Source: the human T2T-CHM13v2.0 reference genome, Homo sapiens. From it: a stretch of 64,000 bases of DNA. The stretch is from NCBI RefSeq assembly GCF_009914755.1, contig NC_060943.1; one strand, given 5' to 3'. Below, in pieces: positions 1 through 17,300 of the stretch (position 1 is its first letter; each line of letters opens with the position of its first letter). The notes under the pieces were generated by a model. It had not been told where the DNA came from. It worked only from the letters and a program-made list of their open reading frames with translations, and did not search any database. Position numbers and translations under genes: made by a program.

Positions 1-269
1 CTGGCTCGTCTGTGGGGTGGACCAGGTGGAGCCACCCCAGTAGAGAAGAAGGAGAATCTGTACATCTCAGCTTGCTGGCAGCTCCAGGGCCCTCCAACGT
101 GCTCTAGGACCTGAAGCTGGATCAGGCAGGGCTACATGGTATGTAGTTAGCTCTTAGTGGGGGAAGGAAATTTTGGACATCTCCCCAACATTCGATCAAT
201 TACAGGAGGAACACCTATCCTGATTTTCTCATTCAGCAGCTCCATCCTTCAAACTTACTCTCATCTTGG

Positions 270-1953
<1,684 letters not shown>

Positions 1954-2039
1954 CTATCTAGTTTCCTAATCCTCACTGCTGTGCATGCAGATAAATCTGT
2001 TTTGCATTAATTAAAACAAACAAAACCGACCACAGCTGC

Positions 2040-2693
2040 CTGGTTTACTCTTCCAGTTCTCCTCTTAATCCCCAGAATCTGACCTGGGTAATCCTCAGCG
2101 GGGCTGGATTCTTTGTTCTTTGTTCCTGCTCCTGGCCATCATGTGTCACCTCAGCCCTGGGCTGGCTGGAGGCAGGACTTGAATTTCTGCCAGGTTGTGC
2201 AGTCAGAGGCCAGAGACTCCCTTCTCCAAGTCTCCTAATTCTGCACCGAGAAATGGTGCATGGTGTCCTCCCAGCCCACTTGTGGGAGATGTTTGGGTGC
2301 AAGGCTTGGCCTGCCTGGTTCTCCTTGCCTGACGCCTGAATTCCCAACCTCATGATTTACGTGGCCTTGGAAGGGCAGGGGCAGCTGTAAACTTGGGGTC
2401 CCAGAGTCACCTTGGCCCCAGGTTCAAGCAGGAGATACTGAAGGCTGAAGATCCAGTTTCCACTCTGAACTGTGACACTGACTTGGTTCCTCTCTGCACC
2501 CAGCTGATACTGCCTGCAGGTTTTGGCCAGCTGCCCAGGCAGGGAGGAGGCAGCCAGGCCTATGGCCTACGGGGATTGGCTGCCCCTGACTGCCCAGCCC
2601 AGCCCAGCCTTGCCTAGGTGAGGGGCCAGGGACAAAGAAGCCCCAGGAGGAGGGAAGAGGAAGTTGTGTGGGACAAGCTGCTCCTGACAGAAG
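2040..2693 (+). promoter_or_regulatory. Promoter and non-coding exon 1 of the CYP4F pseudogene
   Basis: Colinear similarity to about 53720-54386 upstream of CYP4F8. Inverted CCAAT (ATTGG 2575-2579). Exon end CTCCTGACAGAAG|GTGCCAG is identical to the CYP4F8 copy. Confidence 0.7.
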
Positions 2694-4248
2694 GTGCCAG
2701 GCTGGAACTGTCGGGGCTGGAGGGTCCTGGTCTGGGAGAGGGAGGGGCACTGCCCAAGGCTGGGGTGGCTCCAGGGAGCTGGTCCTGGTGGGGCTGATGG
2801 GTTCCTGGTAACTGAAACCAAGCCACTGACAACCTGCAGTGATTCAGGCTGGGCCTTTCAGGACTCTAATCAGCCTTCCTCTCTCTCTTTCTCTCTTCCC
2901 TCTCTCTTCTTTACTCTCTTCTCTCTCCGCCTCTTCTCCTGGCTGTACCTGGGTTTCCCTCTCTGCTTTCAGCCCTTGTTTTCTCATCTCTGAGCTCTCC
3001 CTGCCTCCAGCACCTCCCATCCCTGCCCCTGTCCAATGTCCCCGAAGCTCCCCGGGCTCTTTTTCTGGGCCTCAGGACCTCACCCTCCATCCCGTGTGCC
3101 CTGCAGGATGTCGCTGCTGAGCCTGTCCTGGCTGGGCCTCGGGCCGGTGGCAGCATCCCCATGGCTGCTCCTGCTGCTGGTCGGGGCCTCCTGGCTCCTG
3201 GCCCGTGTCCTGGCCTGGACGTACGCCTTCTATGACAACTGCCACCGCCTCCAGTGTTTCCAGCAGCCTCCAAAACGGAACTGCTTTTGAGGTCACCTGA
3301 GCCTGGTGAGTATGGCAGCACGACGGGTCTGGGGTCTCAGGGTGGGTGGACTTCTAGAGGGGTGGGAATGGGGCTCAGGGAGCTGGATATTGAGGGTGGG
3401 TTGGGGTCTGGGACATCAGAGGAGTGAGGGAGGCCGAGGGGAGCCCCTATTTCCTCACTGCCCCAACCGGATTCATTCCTCCTCTCTGTCCACTCCATGG
3501 CCCCAGGCCTTTTTCTTTCTCTCTCTTCCCCACCCTAAGCCTGCTTTGGCTCAAGTTCCTACTTGTCTTCCCCACATTAATGCATCGTTGTATCCTTGTT
3601 CTACTGGGGGCTTCTAGGGTGGACTGCACAGAGCAGGTACTCCCTGGCTGCCCATGTTTTTTTTTTTTTTTTGAGACAGGGTCTCGCTCTATCACCCAGG
3701 CTGGAGTGCAGTGGTGCAATCATAGCTCACCGCAGCCTTGACCTCCTGGGCTCAACCAATCCTCCCATCTCAGCCTCCCCAGTAGCTGGGACTACAGGCG
3801 TGCACCACCAGACCTGCTAGTTTTTTTTTTTGTAGAGACAGGGTCTCACTATGTTGCCCAGAGTGGTCTCAAACTCCTGGCCTCAAGCAATCCTCCCATC
3901 TCTGCCTCCCAAAGTGTTGGGATTACAGGCATGAACCACTGCACTTAGCTTAGTCCACAATCCTTATCACTGGACTTGAGGTCTCCTCACGGGGAGAGTC
4001 CAGAGTCCACTCTCTGCCTGGCCCATCTCTGTGGGCCTCAGGCTGGTGTCTACTCCTCTCTGGGCTGCTGCCTCCCCATAAGATTTGCTATTTCTCCCTA
4101 CCGCACCCACAGGGCACAGCTGGGCCAGAGGAAAGATGTGGCTGGTTTCTCCCTCCGTGTCTTTAATCAGGCACCTTTTTTTCTTATATTTCCCTCCACC
4201 CCTAAGATATGTCAATGGGCCCCATTGCTCAGTTTGGATAACAGTTGA

Positions 4249-4896
<648 letters not shown>

Positions 4897-6125
4897 TAGG
4901 CATAGTTCCTATTATTTGCTCATGGGCTGGTTTCTGGCCAATGGGACTTTCTTTCCTGGCCATTTGGAAGACCGTTGCCTTAGATGAGCTCAATCGCCCA
5001 TGTTCTGTCTTTATTTTTCATTTTTTATAGAGACAGGGTCTCACTATGTTGCCCAGGCTGGTCTTGAACTCCTGGGCTCAAGCAATCCACCTGCCTCAGC
5101 CTCCTAAAGTGCTGGGATTACAGGCATGAGCCATGGTGTCTGGCCACACGTGTTCTCTTATTTCTTCTCTACAACAATATTGGAGAAGGTCACAAAGCAG
5201 GTCAGATGGGTGATATGTAAATTCCCTCCCACCCACCTCCTGTGCACCACATTCTGCGCCCAGACCTTCAGCCTGCTTGCTCTGCTGTCCCCTCAAAGAC
5301 AGAGTTGCCTTCACTCACTCCCTTTGTTTCTCTGATCGCCCCTCACCTGCTCTCCACCCCATCCTGCTGTCTTGAGGTGACCGTGACCCTCAAGCCCCCA
5401 AATCCCATGGACACCTCCCAGCCCCAACTCATCTACCTCCCAGCAGCTCTCTGAATTTGTGACTACTCAGTCATTCCCAGTACCTCCTTTTTTCTTGGTT
5501 CCAGGACGTTGCCATTCCCTGGTCTCCTCTGACCTTCGTGTGCTCCCGTGTCTCTGCTGTTGGCTCCTCACTATGGGGAGATCCCCCATGGTCCTAGTCA
5601 TTCCTCCCTCTTGCCTCTCTCCTGAGGTCACCTCCTTACCCAGGGCTCCAGCTTCTAAATTGACCATCGGTTCCCTCTAGAAGTGAGCTCTGAGTTTACA
5701 TCTCCTGAGCTGGAGGTCATTGCTTCTCTCCTCTCGGGGTGGGGGTGGTCTCAGAAACACTTCCATTCCGATCGGTTTGAATCTGAACTCATGGCCCCCC
5801 TCCCTACACTGTCCCCCATTTTGGTCTAGTCCTTCAGTTTCCCAGACCCCACGCTTTGGGGTCTCCTGATGTTCTCTTTCTCTCATCTGCACATCCTGTC
5901 CCTCAGCACGTCTGCTGGTGCTGCCTGGCACAATCTCTCCTCCGTCAATTCCTTCTCTGAGTCCTCCTGCCTCCCCTGGCTCCATCCCTTGCCACCTCTC
6001 TCCTGGATGCCTCCCACGGGCGCCTCCCTGGTCTCCCTGTTGCCGTGCCCAATCCTTTCCTCCACTCTCTCCTCAGTCCCGGACAGACTTTTTCCTTCCT
6101 TCCTTCCTTCCTTTCTTTCTTCCTT

Positions 6126-6215
6126 TCTCCCATCCAAGTACTAACCAGGCCCGACCCTGCTTAGCTTCCGAGATCAGATGAGATCGGGCGCGTTCAGGGT
6201 GGTATGGCCGTAGAC
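6126..6215 (-). pseudogene. 5S rRNA pseudogene, nt 1-90, 3'-truncated, no poly(A)
   Basis: Reverse complement reads GTCTACGGCCATACCACCCTGAACGCGCCCGATCTCATCTGATCTCGGAAGCTAAGCAGGGTCGGGCCTGGTTAGTACTTGGATGGGAGA, one mismatch to human 5S rRNA. Embedded in a TTCC/TTTC tract. Confidence 0.97.
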
Positions 6216-6489
6216 TCTTCCTTTCTTTCTTTCCTTTCTTCTTTTCTTTCTTTCTCTTTCTTCTTTCTTTTCTTTCTCTCTATCTCTTTCTTTCTCCCTT
6301 CCTTCTTTCTCTCTCTTTCTTTCTTTCTTTCTTTTTCTGTCTAAAAAAGGAAACCATTTATAAAAATTACAGACAAAAGCACACAAATTACACTACAAAT
6401 CCATTAGAGATACTATCAATTGGCTAACAGGCAAAAGTTTTGCCTACACAGTTTGAATAAATAGAGACAGAGATTATCGACAAATTTAA

Positions 6490-6944
<455 letters not shown>

Positions 6945-7574
6945 TAGCCAGGCTGGTCTCAAACTCCTGACCTCAGGTGATCCGCCTGCCTCAGCCTCCC
7001 AAAGTGCTGGGATTAGAGGTGTGAGCCACCACACCCGGCCAAGATGTTACTTCTTGACTATTACATTGATAAAGGCTTTTTAAAAACATATAAGGCCTTC
7101 AGTGTGTAATGCTGTCCACCTTCATACGGAGCAGATATGCATGTGGATATTTATAAAATTCTTCTTCAAAGTAATTTTGCAGTATATATCAAAAACTTCA
7201 AACTATACCAATGACTTATTTTGAGGACACTATATTCAGTTGATAATCAGGTATATGTAACATAATTACATGAGACTTCCATTGCATTTGTTATGCTAGT
7301 AATAAATAGTAAACATGTTTTCAAAACTAGTGAATTAATTATGGTAAAGCCATATGGACCACTGCAAGTTCCCTGAGAGCAAAAGTGACTTCACCTGTCC
7401 TATCCCCTGCTCTATCACCTGAATGTAGAATGCACACAGTCTATCTTGAATAACTATTTGTTGAAGGAACTGTATGAAAACATTAATCATTATGCTTGTG
7501 AAGACTGATTGAAGAATAATTAAAACATCAAGCTACATGAAAACATGACACAGATCTTATAGAATGAGAGCTCA

Positions 7575-7676
<102 letters not shown>

Positions 7677-8054
7677 TCACCTGAGGTCAGGAGTTCGAAA
7701 CCAGCCTGACCAACGTGGTGAAACCCCATCTCTACTAAAAATACAAAGATTAGTCGGGTGTGCTGATGGGCGCCTATAATCTCAGCTACTCTGGAGGCTG
7801 AGGCAGCAGTATCTCTTGAACCTGGGAGGCAGAAGTTGCAGTGAGCTGAGATCTATCCATTGCACTGTAGCCTGAGTGACAAGAGGAAAACTCTGTCTCA
7901 GAAAAAAAAAAAAAAAAAAGATGAGACCTGGACAGACTTTTTTGATAGACTGAGCCACTTATTGGGAGGCGGAGGTTGCAGTGAGCCAAGATGGCCCCAT
8001 TGCACTCCAGCCTAGGCAACAAGAGTGAAATTCCATCTCAAAAAAAAAAAAAAA

Positions 8055-8127
8055 GTGGCTGGGTCTCATTTTCCTCTTTATTGGTTTGTGCCACCCAACA
8101 TCATACGATCTGTCATCAGCACCACAG
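8055..8127 (+). pseudogene. Dead 3' half of the first (CYP4F8/CYP4F3B-type) 145-nt alternative exon inside the pseudogene
   Basis: Reads WLGLIFLFIGLCHP-(1-nt deletion)-NIIRSVISTT followed by a GT donor, versus CYP4F8 WLGPITPIINLCHPDIVRSVINTS. Downstream intron 8436-8530 matches 57750-57845. Confidence 0.85.
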
Positions 8128-9497
8128 GTGCTCACTCAGAACACCTGGAAGTGGGTGCTATGGCAGTGTCCAAAGCCTGTGAGCCCCTTCTTGCCCAGCT
8201 TATGTGTTGATCCTGTAGGACCCAAGGTCCCCGTGGCTCTGGACGCCCTTGGTCATCTTTTATTTCTTTCATTTATTTGCCAATCTCCATCCTAGGGATC
8301 CTTGGAGAGACTCAGTTGAGGTTCTACCTTGGAGGCACCCCCAATCTTGGGGCCACAGAACTAGACTGAGACACTCCACATCCTGTGTGGTCAGGGCTGG
8401 CTTGAAGGAGAGATGGACTGTAGGACCCCTGAGGGGAATCAGGGTTTTTGCCAATGGGGCAGGCAGGCAGGCTTCCTGGAGGAGGGGTTTGTGGAAGTGG
8501 GTCTGGAATGATGAGTAGGAATTTTTTTAAGCAAAGAAGAGAAAGAGAAAGATAATTTCATGTGGAGGTTGGGCCAACTCGAAGACTTGGAGGTGAGAGC
8601 AAGCACCTGGCTTTTGAGCAGCAAGAAAGAGCTTGGTGCCACCAGAACAATTAGGATGAGAGGCAGAAGAAAGAGGGAGGGGAGGAGATTGATTCTGAGG
8701 ACAATGGGGAGCCCTGGAGGGTGTGTGAACAGGAGAGGGGCAATATCAGCTGACTGGCTCCTTCCGTTGCCCCACCTGGTTTCTCTCCCTTTTTATCAAG
8801 CTCCTTTCTATAGCAACCCTTGCAGAAGTATCTGCAATTCAGGTTTTGCTTCTAGAGAGCCCACACTAAGACAGGGCCTTATGATTCTCCAGTCATTCCT
8901 CTCCCACTGACCTGCTACCTCTGCTCTTGTTCTCTGACTGGCTTCTACCCATTTTCTTCCACTTCCTTCTGGATCTCTTCTGGGCATCTCCTTCAGTCTT
9001 TCCCAGCTGGCTCCAGCCTGGGCACAGTTGTGGGAGTGATGGGAGTATGAGACAGAACATTCTCCCATGAACTCAAATTCAGGGCTATCCTTGGGGTGGG
9101 ATGTGGAGCCTGGTCTGGGGGTGGTGCAGCCAGGCTTGGGAGAAGGGGCTGTGTCTACATCTTCCCCCTGCTAACTTGCTGCAAAGCTGGGGGTACCTGT
9201 CTAGAGCTAGGGGCAGGAGGCTGTGCTGGGACTAGGGGACAGGAGAGAAAGTTCAATGGACTGAGATTCATTATGAATTTGGGATAAACAGCAAGTGGGG
9301 TGAATGGTCAAGTGTTGGTGGGGAGAGACAGGGAGAGGGATGGAGAGTTGGACTTGGGAGAAACAGTGATAGGGAAAAAGATGCTCACACAGAGAAAGAG
9401 AGAGACAGTGAGAGACAGAGTGAGGGAGAGAGAGGGGAGAGGGAGAGAAAGACACAGAGAAAGTGACACATAAACAGAAAGTAAAAGAAACACATAG

Positions 9498-10655
<1,158 letters not shown>

Positions 10656-13403
10656 TAGAGAAAGACACAGAGAGAGGAAGAGAGTGAGGGAACAGAGAAG
10701 CACATAGACACAGACACAGAAAGAGACAGGCAGAGACCAATATTTCAGGTGAAAGGGCTGAGAAGTTTGGGGGTGTGTGGTGGGTAGGGGGGTGCAATGG
10801 GCAGTGGTAGCATCTGAGGGCCCCTGCCAGCCTGGTGTCAGCCTTGTCTATCCCCAGATGCGGGGCAATGAGGAGGACATGAGGCTGATGGAGGATCTGG
10901 GCCACTACTTCCGTGATGTCCAACTCTGGTGGCTTGGGTCTTTCTACCCTGTCCTGCATCTCGTCCACCCTACGTTCACTGCCCCTGTGCTCCAGGCTTC
11001 AGGTATCTTTCTCAGGAGGCTATGCTGCAGCCTCTTCCCTGCCTCTGCTCCCTGCCTTCCCAACCTTTGGACAGGCCATGCTGAGCAGAAAAATGGACAT
11101 ATCCAACAGAGACCATGGCTCTGCCACTAACCTGCTGGGTGACTCTGGGCAGGTCCCTGGTGCTCTCTGGCTCCTGAGGCCTCTTTTAGTTCTGAATGAA
11201 GAAAACTCAACCCTGTGTGGTCCAAGCAAAGAAACAGAATGCATTGACTGTAAAGTAAAAGTCAGGAAGTAAAAGTGAAGTCCAGGAAGGGTGGTCTTCA
11301 GGCATGGCTGGATCCAGGCCATCATAATGCCAGTCTTCATCTCTTAGCTTTGTATCCCTCTGTGATGGTTTCACTCTCATGCTGCTAAAGATAAATCCCA
11401 GAAGCTCAACCCCCATGGAAAATTCCCTGTAGTTCCAGGAAAATTTCCAGGATTCCCCTAAATTTGCCTGGCCTGGGTCACAGGACCAATTTCTTATCCA
11501 GTCACTGCAGCTTGATTGCATAGGTTTAAGGTCATATGCTCAGCTCTGGAGCAGGGGATGAGAACCCACTCAACTACTTGGATTGAGAGTGGGGAAGGCA
11601 TGAGGAGGATGGATGCTGGACGGGCAGATACCACCATTCACCAGACATCCATTCACCAGCATCCCTGTGAGATAGGCATTTCCTGAGTCAGAAAACTGAG
11701 GCGCAGAGAGGTGCAATGACTTCTCAAGGTCACACAGCATATCGAGGCCTCCCTCTTAGTTCTTTTTGTAATTTTTTTGAGACAGGGTCTCACTCATTAA
11801 TGCTTATTGTGGAGTGTGGCAGGATACTGAGGAAGCCTAAATCAAGCCTAGGTTACATGTGGGATGCTAATAGGACCAGATTTAAATCCTATCTGGGGCC
11901 CATCTATAGGGCATGTGGAAGTCATTTTAGACTCTCTCAGGTCCATGTCTGAGCATGTCACATCAGGACAGGTCATGTATATTGTGTCAATGTCAGAACA
12001 TGTTAACGCATCTCAGGCTATGCCACATATCTCAGGTCCATGTCAGAAGATGTCAGAGAGTACTGGGCAGACAGGGTGTCCTAGGTCCTTTTTTTTTTTT
12101 TTTTTGGAGACAGCGTCTCACTCTGTCATCCTGGCTGGGGTGCAGTAGAACGATCTTGGCTCACTGCAACCTCCGCCTCCCTGGTTCAAGCTATTCGCCT
12201 CCCAAGTAGTTGGGACTACAGGCGCCCGCCGCCACACCCAGCTAATGTTTTTGTATTTTTTAGTAGAGACGGGGTTTCACCGTGTTGCCCAGGCTGGTTT
12301 TGAACTGCTGAGCTCAGGCAATCCGCCCACCTCAGCCTCCCAAAGTGCTAGAATTACAGGCGTGATCCACCGTGCCCGGCTAGGGTGTCCTAGGTCCTTG
12401 TGAAAGCATTTTGTAGAGCGTTGAGCTATGCTTAGGTGTTGCAGACATGTTGGACCATGTAGGAGCCATGTCAAGGCGTGCTGGGGTGTGCTGTGCCATG
12501 TTGGGCTGTGTCATTGTTCTACTGCAGCGCTGCAGCCTGGTCGGGTCCCCAGTCTCCTCCCCTGTCCTCCCTCCTTCCTTTGCCCTTGACCCTCTTCCTG
12601 CTATGCTGGGCCTGGAGGGTGGAAGTGCAAATCCCTGGCTGGGAGCCTCCCCCTACACTCAAAGTCCCTCCCCTGCCCCTCTTCATAACCCCTGATGGTC
12701 CTTATTCATGTCAGCTGCTGTTGCACTCAAGGATATGAGTTTCTATGGCTTCCTGAAGCCCTGGCTGGGTGAGTAACTAGATGAATGGGGATGGGGACAA
12801 CCTTCTGGGGCCAGGGGAAGGTGCTGTCCTTGCCCATGGCCCTTGGCTGCCTCTACTAGGGGATGGGCTCCTGATTAGTGCCGGTGACAAGTGGAGATGG
12901 CACCGCCACCTGCTCACACCTGCCTTCCACTTCAAAATCCTGAAGCCCTATGTGAAGATTTTCAATGAGAGCACGAACATCATGCACGTGAGTGCCACAA
13001 ACTCGGATCCCAGCTGGGCCCTTGGAAAAGGAGAAGTGACCTCAGACAGATCTGGTCTGAAATGCTGGCTCTGCTGGGTGGCTTTGGTGCCATAGCTCTT
13101 CCTCCCTAGGCCTTGGTTTCTTCATCTGTAAAATGTGGATAATAATTTCTACTTAAAGGGTGGTCAAGATCTTGTACCGAAGTCATGTTCTTGGCACATA
13201 GTAGGTGTTCAGAAGGCATTAATTACTAGTCTCCCTCACAGAAACCTTGCAAACTAATAAAGACAGTTATGATGAAATTTGGATAATGGCAGGGCGCAGT
13301 GGCTCACTCCTGTAATCCCAGCACTTTTGAGGCCGAGGTGGATCACTTGAGGCCAGGAGATTGAGGCCAGCCTGGCCAACGTGGTGAAACTCCATCTCTA
13401 CTA

Positions 13404-13760
<357 letters not shown>

Positions 13761-14183
13761 TTAGTTCAGAACTAGCACACTAGCATTTTTACCACATTCT
13801 CCTGGTGAAAGCCAGTTTCAAGATCAGCTCAAATCCAGGAGATGGAGACTCAGGCTCTGCCTGCAAATGGAAGGAGGTGCCAAGTCTCATCGCCAAGGGT
13901 GAGGGGCAAAAAGTTGGGGACATTTCTGCAATCACTTGCCTCTGTGCTAATGATGAGGATGATAATGATAGCTAACATTTATTGAGCACTTAGTGTATAC
14001 CAGAAACTATATGCCAATTCCATGATCTATGTTGTCTAATTTAATATTCACAATCCTTTGAGGTAGAGAGGATCATAATTGCCACATTATGGATGAAGAA
14101 ATTGTGGGTCAGAGAGATTAGGGAGCTTGCCTAAGTTTATACAGTTAGAAAGTGAGCTAAAAGTGGTGGAGAAGGGGTTCTAA

Positions 14184-14351
<168 letters not shown>

Positions 14352-17300
14352 TGAGTAGCTGGAATTACAGGCACCTGCCATCACATCCAGCCATTTTTTG
14401 TATTTTTTGGTAGAGACGGATTTCACCATGTTGGCCCAGATGGTCTCAATCTCCTGAACTCATGATCTGCCCATCTCACCTTCCAAAGTGTTGGGATTAC
14501 ACGTGTGAGCCACTGTGCCTGACCCAAAGCAGATCATCTTAACTATTACTGAAGATTTGACAGGGGGGACCTAAAGAGGGCAGTGGGTTGACCAAGGGTA
14601 CATAGGGCACAGAAGCAGAGCTGGAACTTGAACCCAGGTCACCCGAACCCCAGCCTTGGGCCTTCATGTCCTAATAGTAACAGCTTCTGTCCCTCACAAG
14701 CTTGGTCCTCCTTGGGGATGGGTACCCGGGAAAGACGACTAGGAGTTGGTTCTGGGGGAGTCCATCCTGGAGGTTGGGGACGGGAAGGGACTCAGGGGAG
14801 CCAGGGCTCAGTTCCTGCTCTGTCCCCTTCTCTGGCCAGGCCAAATGGCAACGCCTGGCCTTGGAGGGCAGTGTCCGTCTGGAAATGTTTGAGCACATCA
14901 GCCTCATGACCTTGGACAGTCTGCAGAAATGCATCTTCAGCTTTGACAGCAATTGTCAGGAGTGAGTTCTTCCCCAGGACCTGGGATCTTGGCCATGGAC
15001 CCACAGGAGTAGGTTATGGACAGAGGACTGATCAGGGCATCTGAAGTGTCTTCTTGGAGAAAATGAGTCAGAATTGAGCATGGAAGTACAGGGAAGGGGA
15101 GAGAGAAAGATCAGTTCTCCAGGTAGGTAGAAGTGTTTGGGTAATGGCAAGGAGGCTAGGATGAGCAGAGCACGTGCAATGGCCATCAAGGGGACACCTT
15201 GGAAATGAGATTGGAGGGGTCAGCAGTAGCTACAACTTAATGACATTGAAAAGCCATGCAAAGGGGTATGAACTTCATCCAAGGCTCCCAGGGAATCATG
15301 GGAGGTATTTGAGAAGATGAGGGTCATGGTCAGTGCTGAGCTTGGACGTTTGACTCTGTGGAAGATTGACTGTTATGTAGACAGAGGAAGCAAGGAGACC
15401 ATGGAGAGGAAGAGGCCTGAGCTTGGTGGAGAAAAAGGGGCAGATTTGAGAGAAACCAAGGAGAAATAGGCAGGAGCAGATGTTGTGTAAGATGCCCATG
15501 ATGGCCAAGCTGTGCCCTGGGGCATCTGGGGCAGGAGGCAGCTCACAGAGAGTGGGAGGCAGAGAGTGAAGTGTGCTTGCAGGGCACCCTTTTCTGCACC
15601 GAACGTGGTCCTGGGATTCTGGCTAGAAGGTGCTCCCAGGCTTTCATGTGTGTTTAGAAGCTGCTTCCTCTTCCTGGCCTGACCCTGCGGGAAGCCCAGC
15701 GAATATATTGATGCCATCTTGGAGCTCAGTGCCCTCAGTCTGAAACGGCACCAGCACATCTTCCTGCTCACGGACTTCTTGTACTTCCTCACTCCCAATG
15801 GGCGACGCTTCTGCAGGGCCTGTGACATAGTGCACAACTTCACAGATGCTGTCATCCAGGAGCGGCGTCGCACCCTCACTAGCCAGGGTGTCGATGACTT
15901 CCTGCAGGCCAAGGCCAAGTCCAAGACTTTGGACTTCATTGACGTGCTCTTGCTGGCCAAGGTGGGCTACTCTGGGATCTGAATTTCAGAAGTAGAATGG
16001 ACTTTGACGTGAAATGTCAGATCCATGAACTTGGACTTGATCCAGAGGGCACTGGGGAGCCATGGAAGGTGCTTGAGGAAAGGAGGGACAAGTAAGATAT
16101 ATTTTAGAGGTGACTCTGTAGAAGAGTTCCTAGAAGGAGCAAACAGGAGGCAAGAGACTGGGAAAGAGTCCTGCTAGGCAGGTCTAATGATGATAAGGGA
16201 GGAATCTTGCCTGGAATATGGATCTTCATGAACTGTTTTAGGTTAGACTCAGGTGCCTTCATGGCTGGTGTAATTTAGAGGTCTTGTCTTGTCTCCAGGA
16301 TGAAAATGGAAAGAAGTTGTCAGATGAGAACATAAGAGCGGAGGCTGACACCTTCATGTCTGGTGGTGAGGGTCCCAGGGTGTGATGTCACTAGGGGTAG
16401 GAGTGTCTCCATTCCAGGGATGTGGTGAGTGGACCCTGGATCACCCCATCCCATCTTCCTTCCCCACTTCCTTCTGAGGGCCTCAATACATGGGTGCTGT
16501 CCACCCTTGGGTGCTGAAGCAGCCCAGAGACCCAAGCTTACCTGGCTGCCCCTCAGGCCATGACACCACGGCCAGTGGTCTCTCCTGGGTCCTGTACAAC
16601 CTCGCGAGGTACCCAGAATACCAGGAGCACTGCCGACAGGAGGTGCAAGAGCTCCTGAAGAACGGTGATCCTAAAGAGATTGAATGGTGAGTGTGCAGGT
16701 CCTCATGACCTGTTCCTGAGTCCCTCTCATTGGTTTAGCTCTTCAGGTGGGAAAGGGAGAAGGTCTTATTGGTGATTGTGCTATTACTGCCTAGTGGGAA
16801 TTGGTGCAGAGCTCAGAAACAGGGCCTGGTACTCAGCCTGGAGCAAAGGAAATGTTGCAGGATTTTTGCCTTTACTATCTATTGCAATTAAACTCATTCA
16901 ATTATTTTTTCTTTTTTGTTACTTCTTTCTTTTTTCTTTTCTTTTTTTTTTTTTTTGAGACAGTCTCACTGTGTCATCCAGGCTGGAGTGCAGTGGCATA
17001 ATCTCTGCTCACTGCAACCTCTGCCTCCCGAGTTCAGGTGATTCTCCTGCCTCAGCTTCCTGAGGACCTGTGATTGCAGGCATCCGCCACTATGCCCAGC
17101 TAATTTTTGTATTTTTAATAGAGACGGGGTTTCACCATGTTGGCCAGGCTGGTCTCGAACTCCAGACCTCAGGGGATTCGCCTACCTCAGCCTACCAAAG
17201 TGCTGGGATTACAGGTGTGAGCCACAGCGCCTGGCCAAACCTATTCAGTTCTAATAGATATTGCCGAATTGCCTTTTAGAGTCTCTGCACTGATTAACTC

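Noticed and set aside
15373-15960. 195-aa minus-strand ORF, and similar ones at 62019-62642
   Set aside because: Antisense shadows of GC-rich CYP4F exon 7 with non-ATG starts and no independent gene signals.
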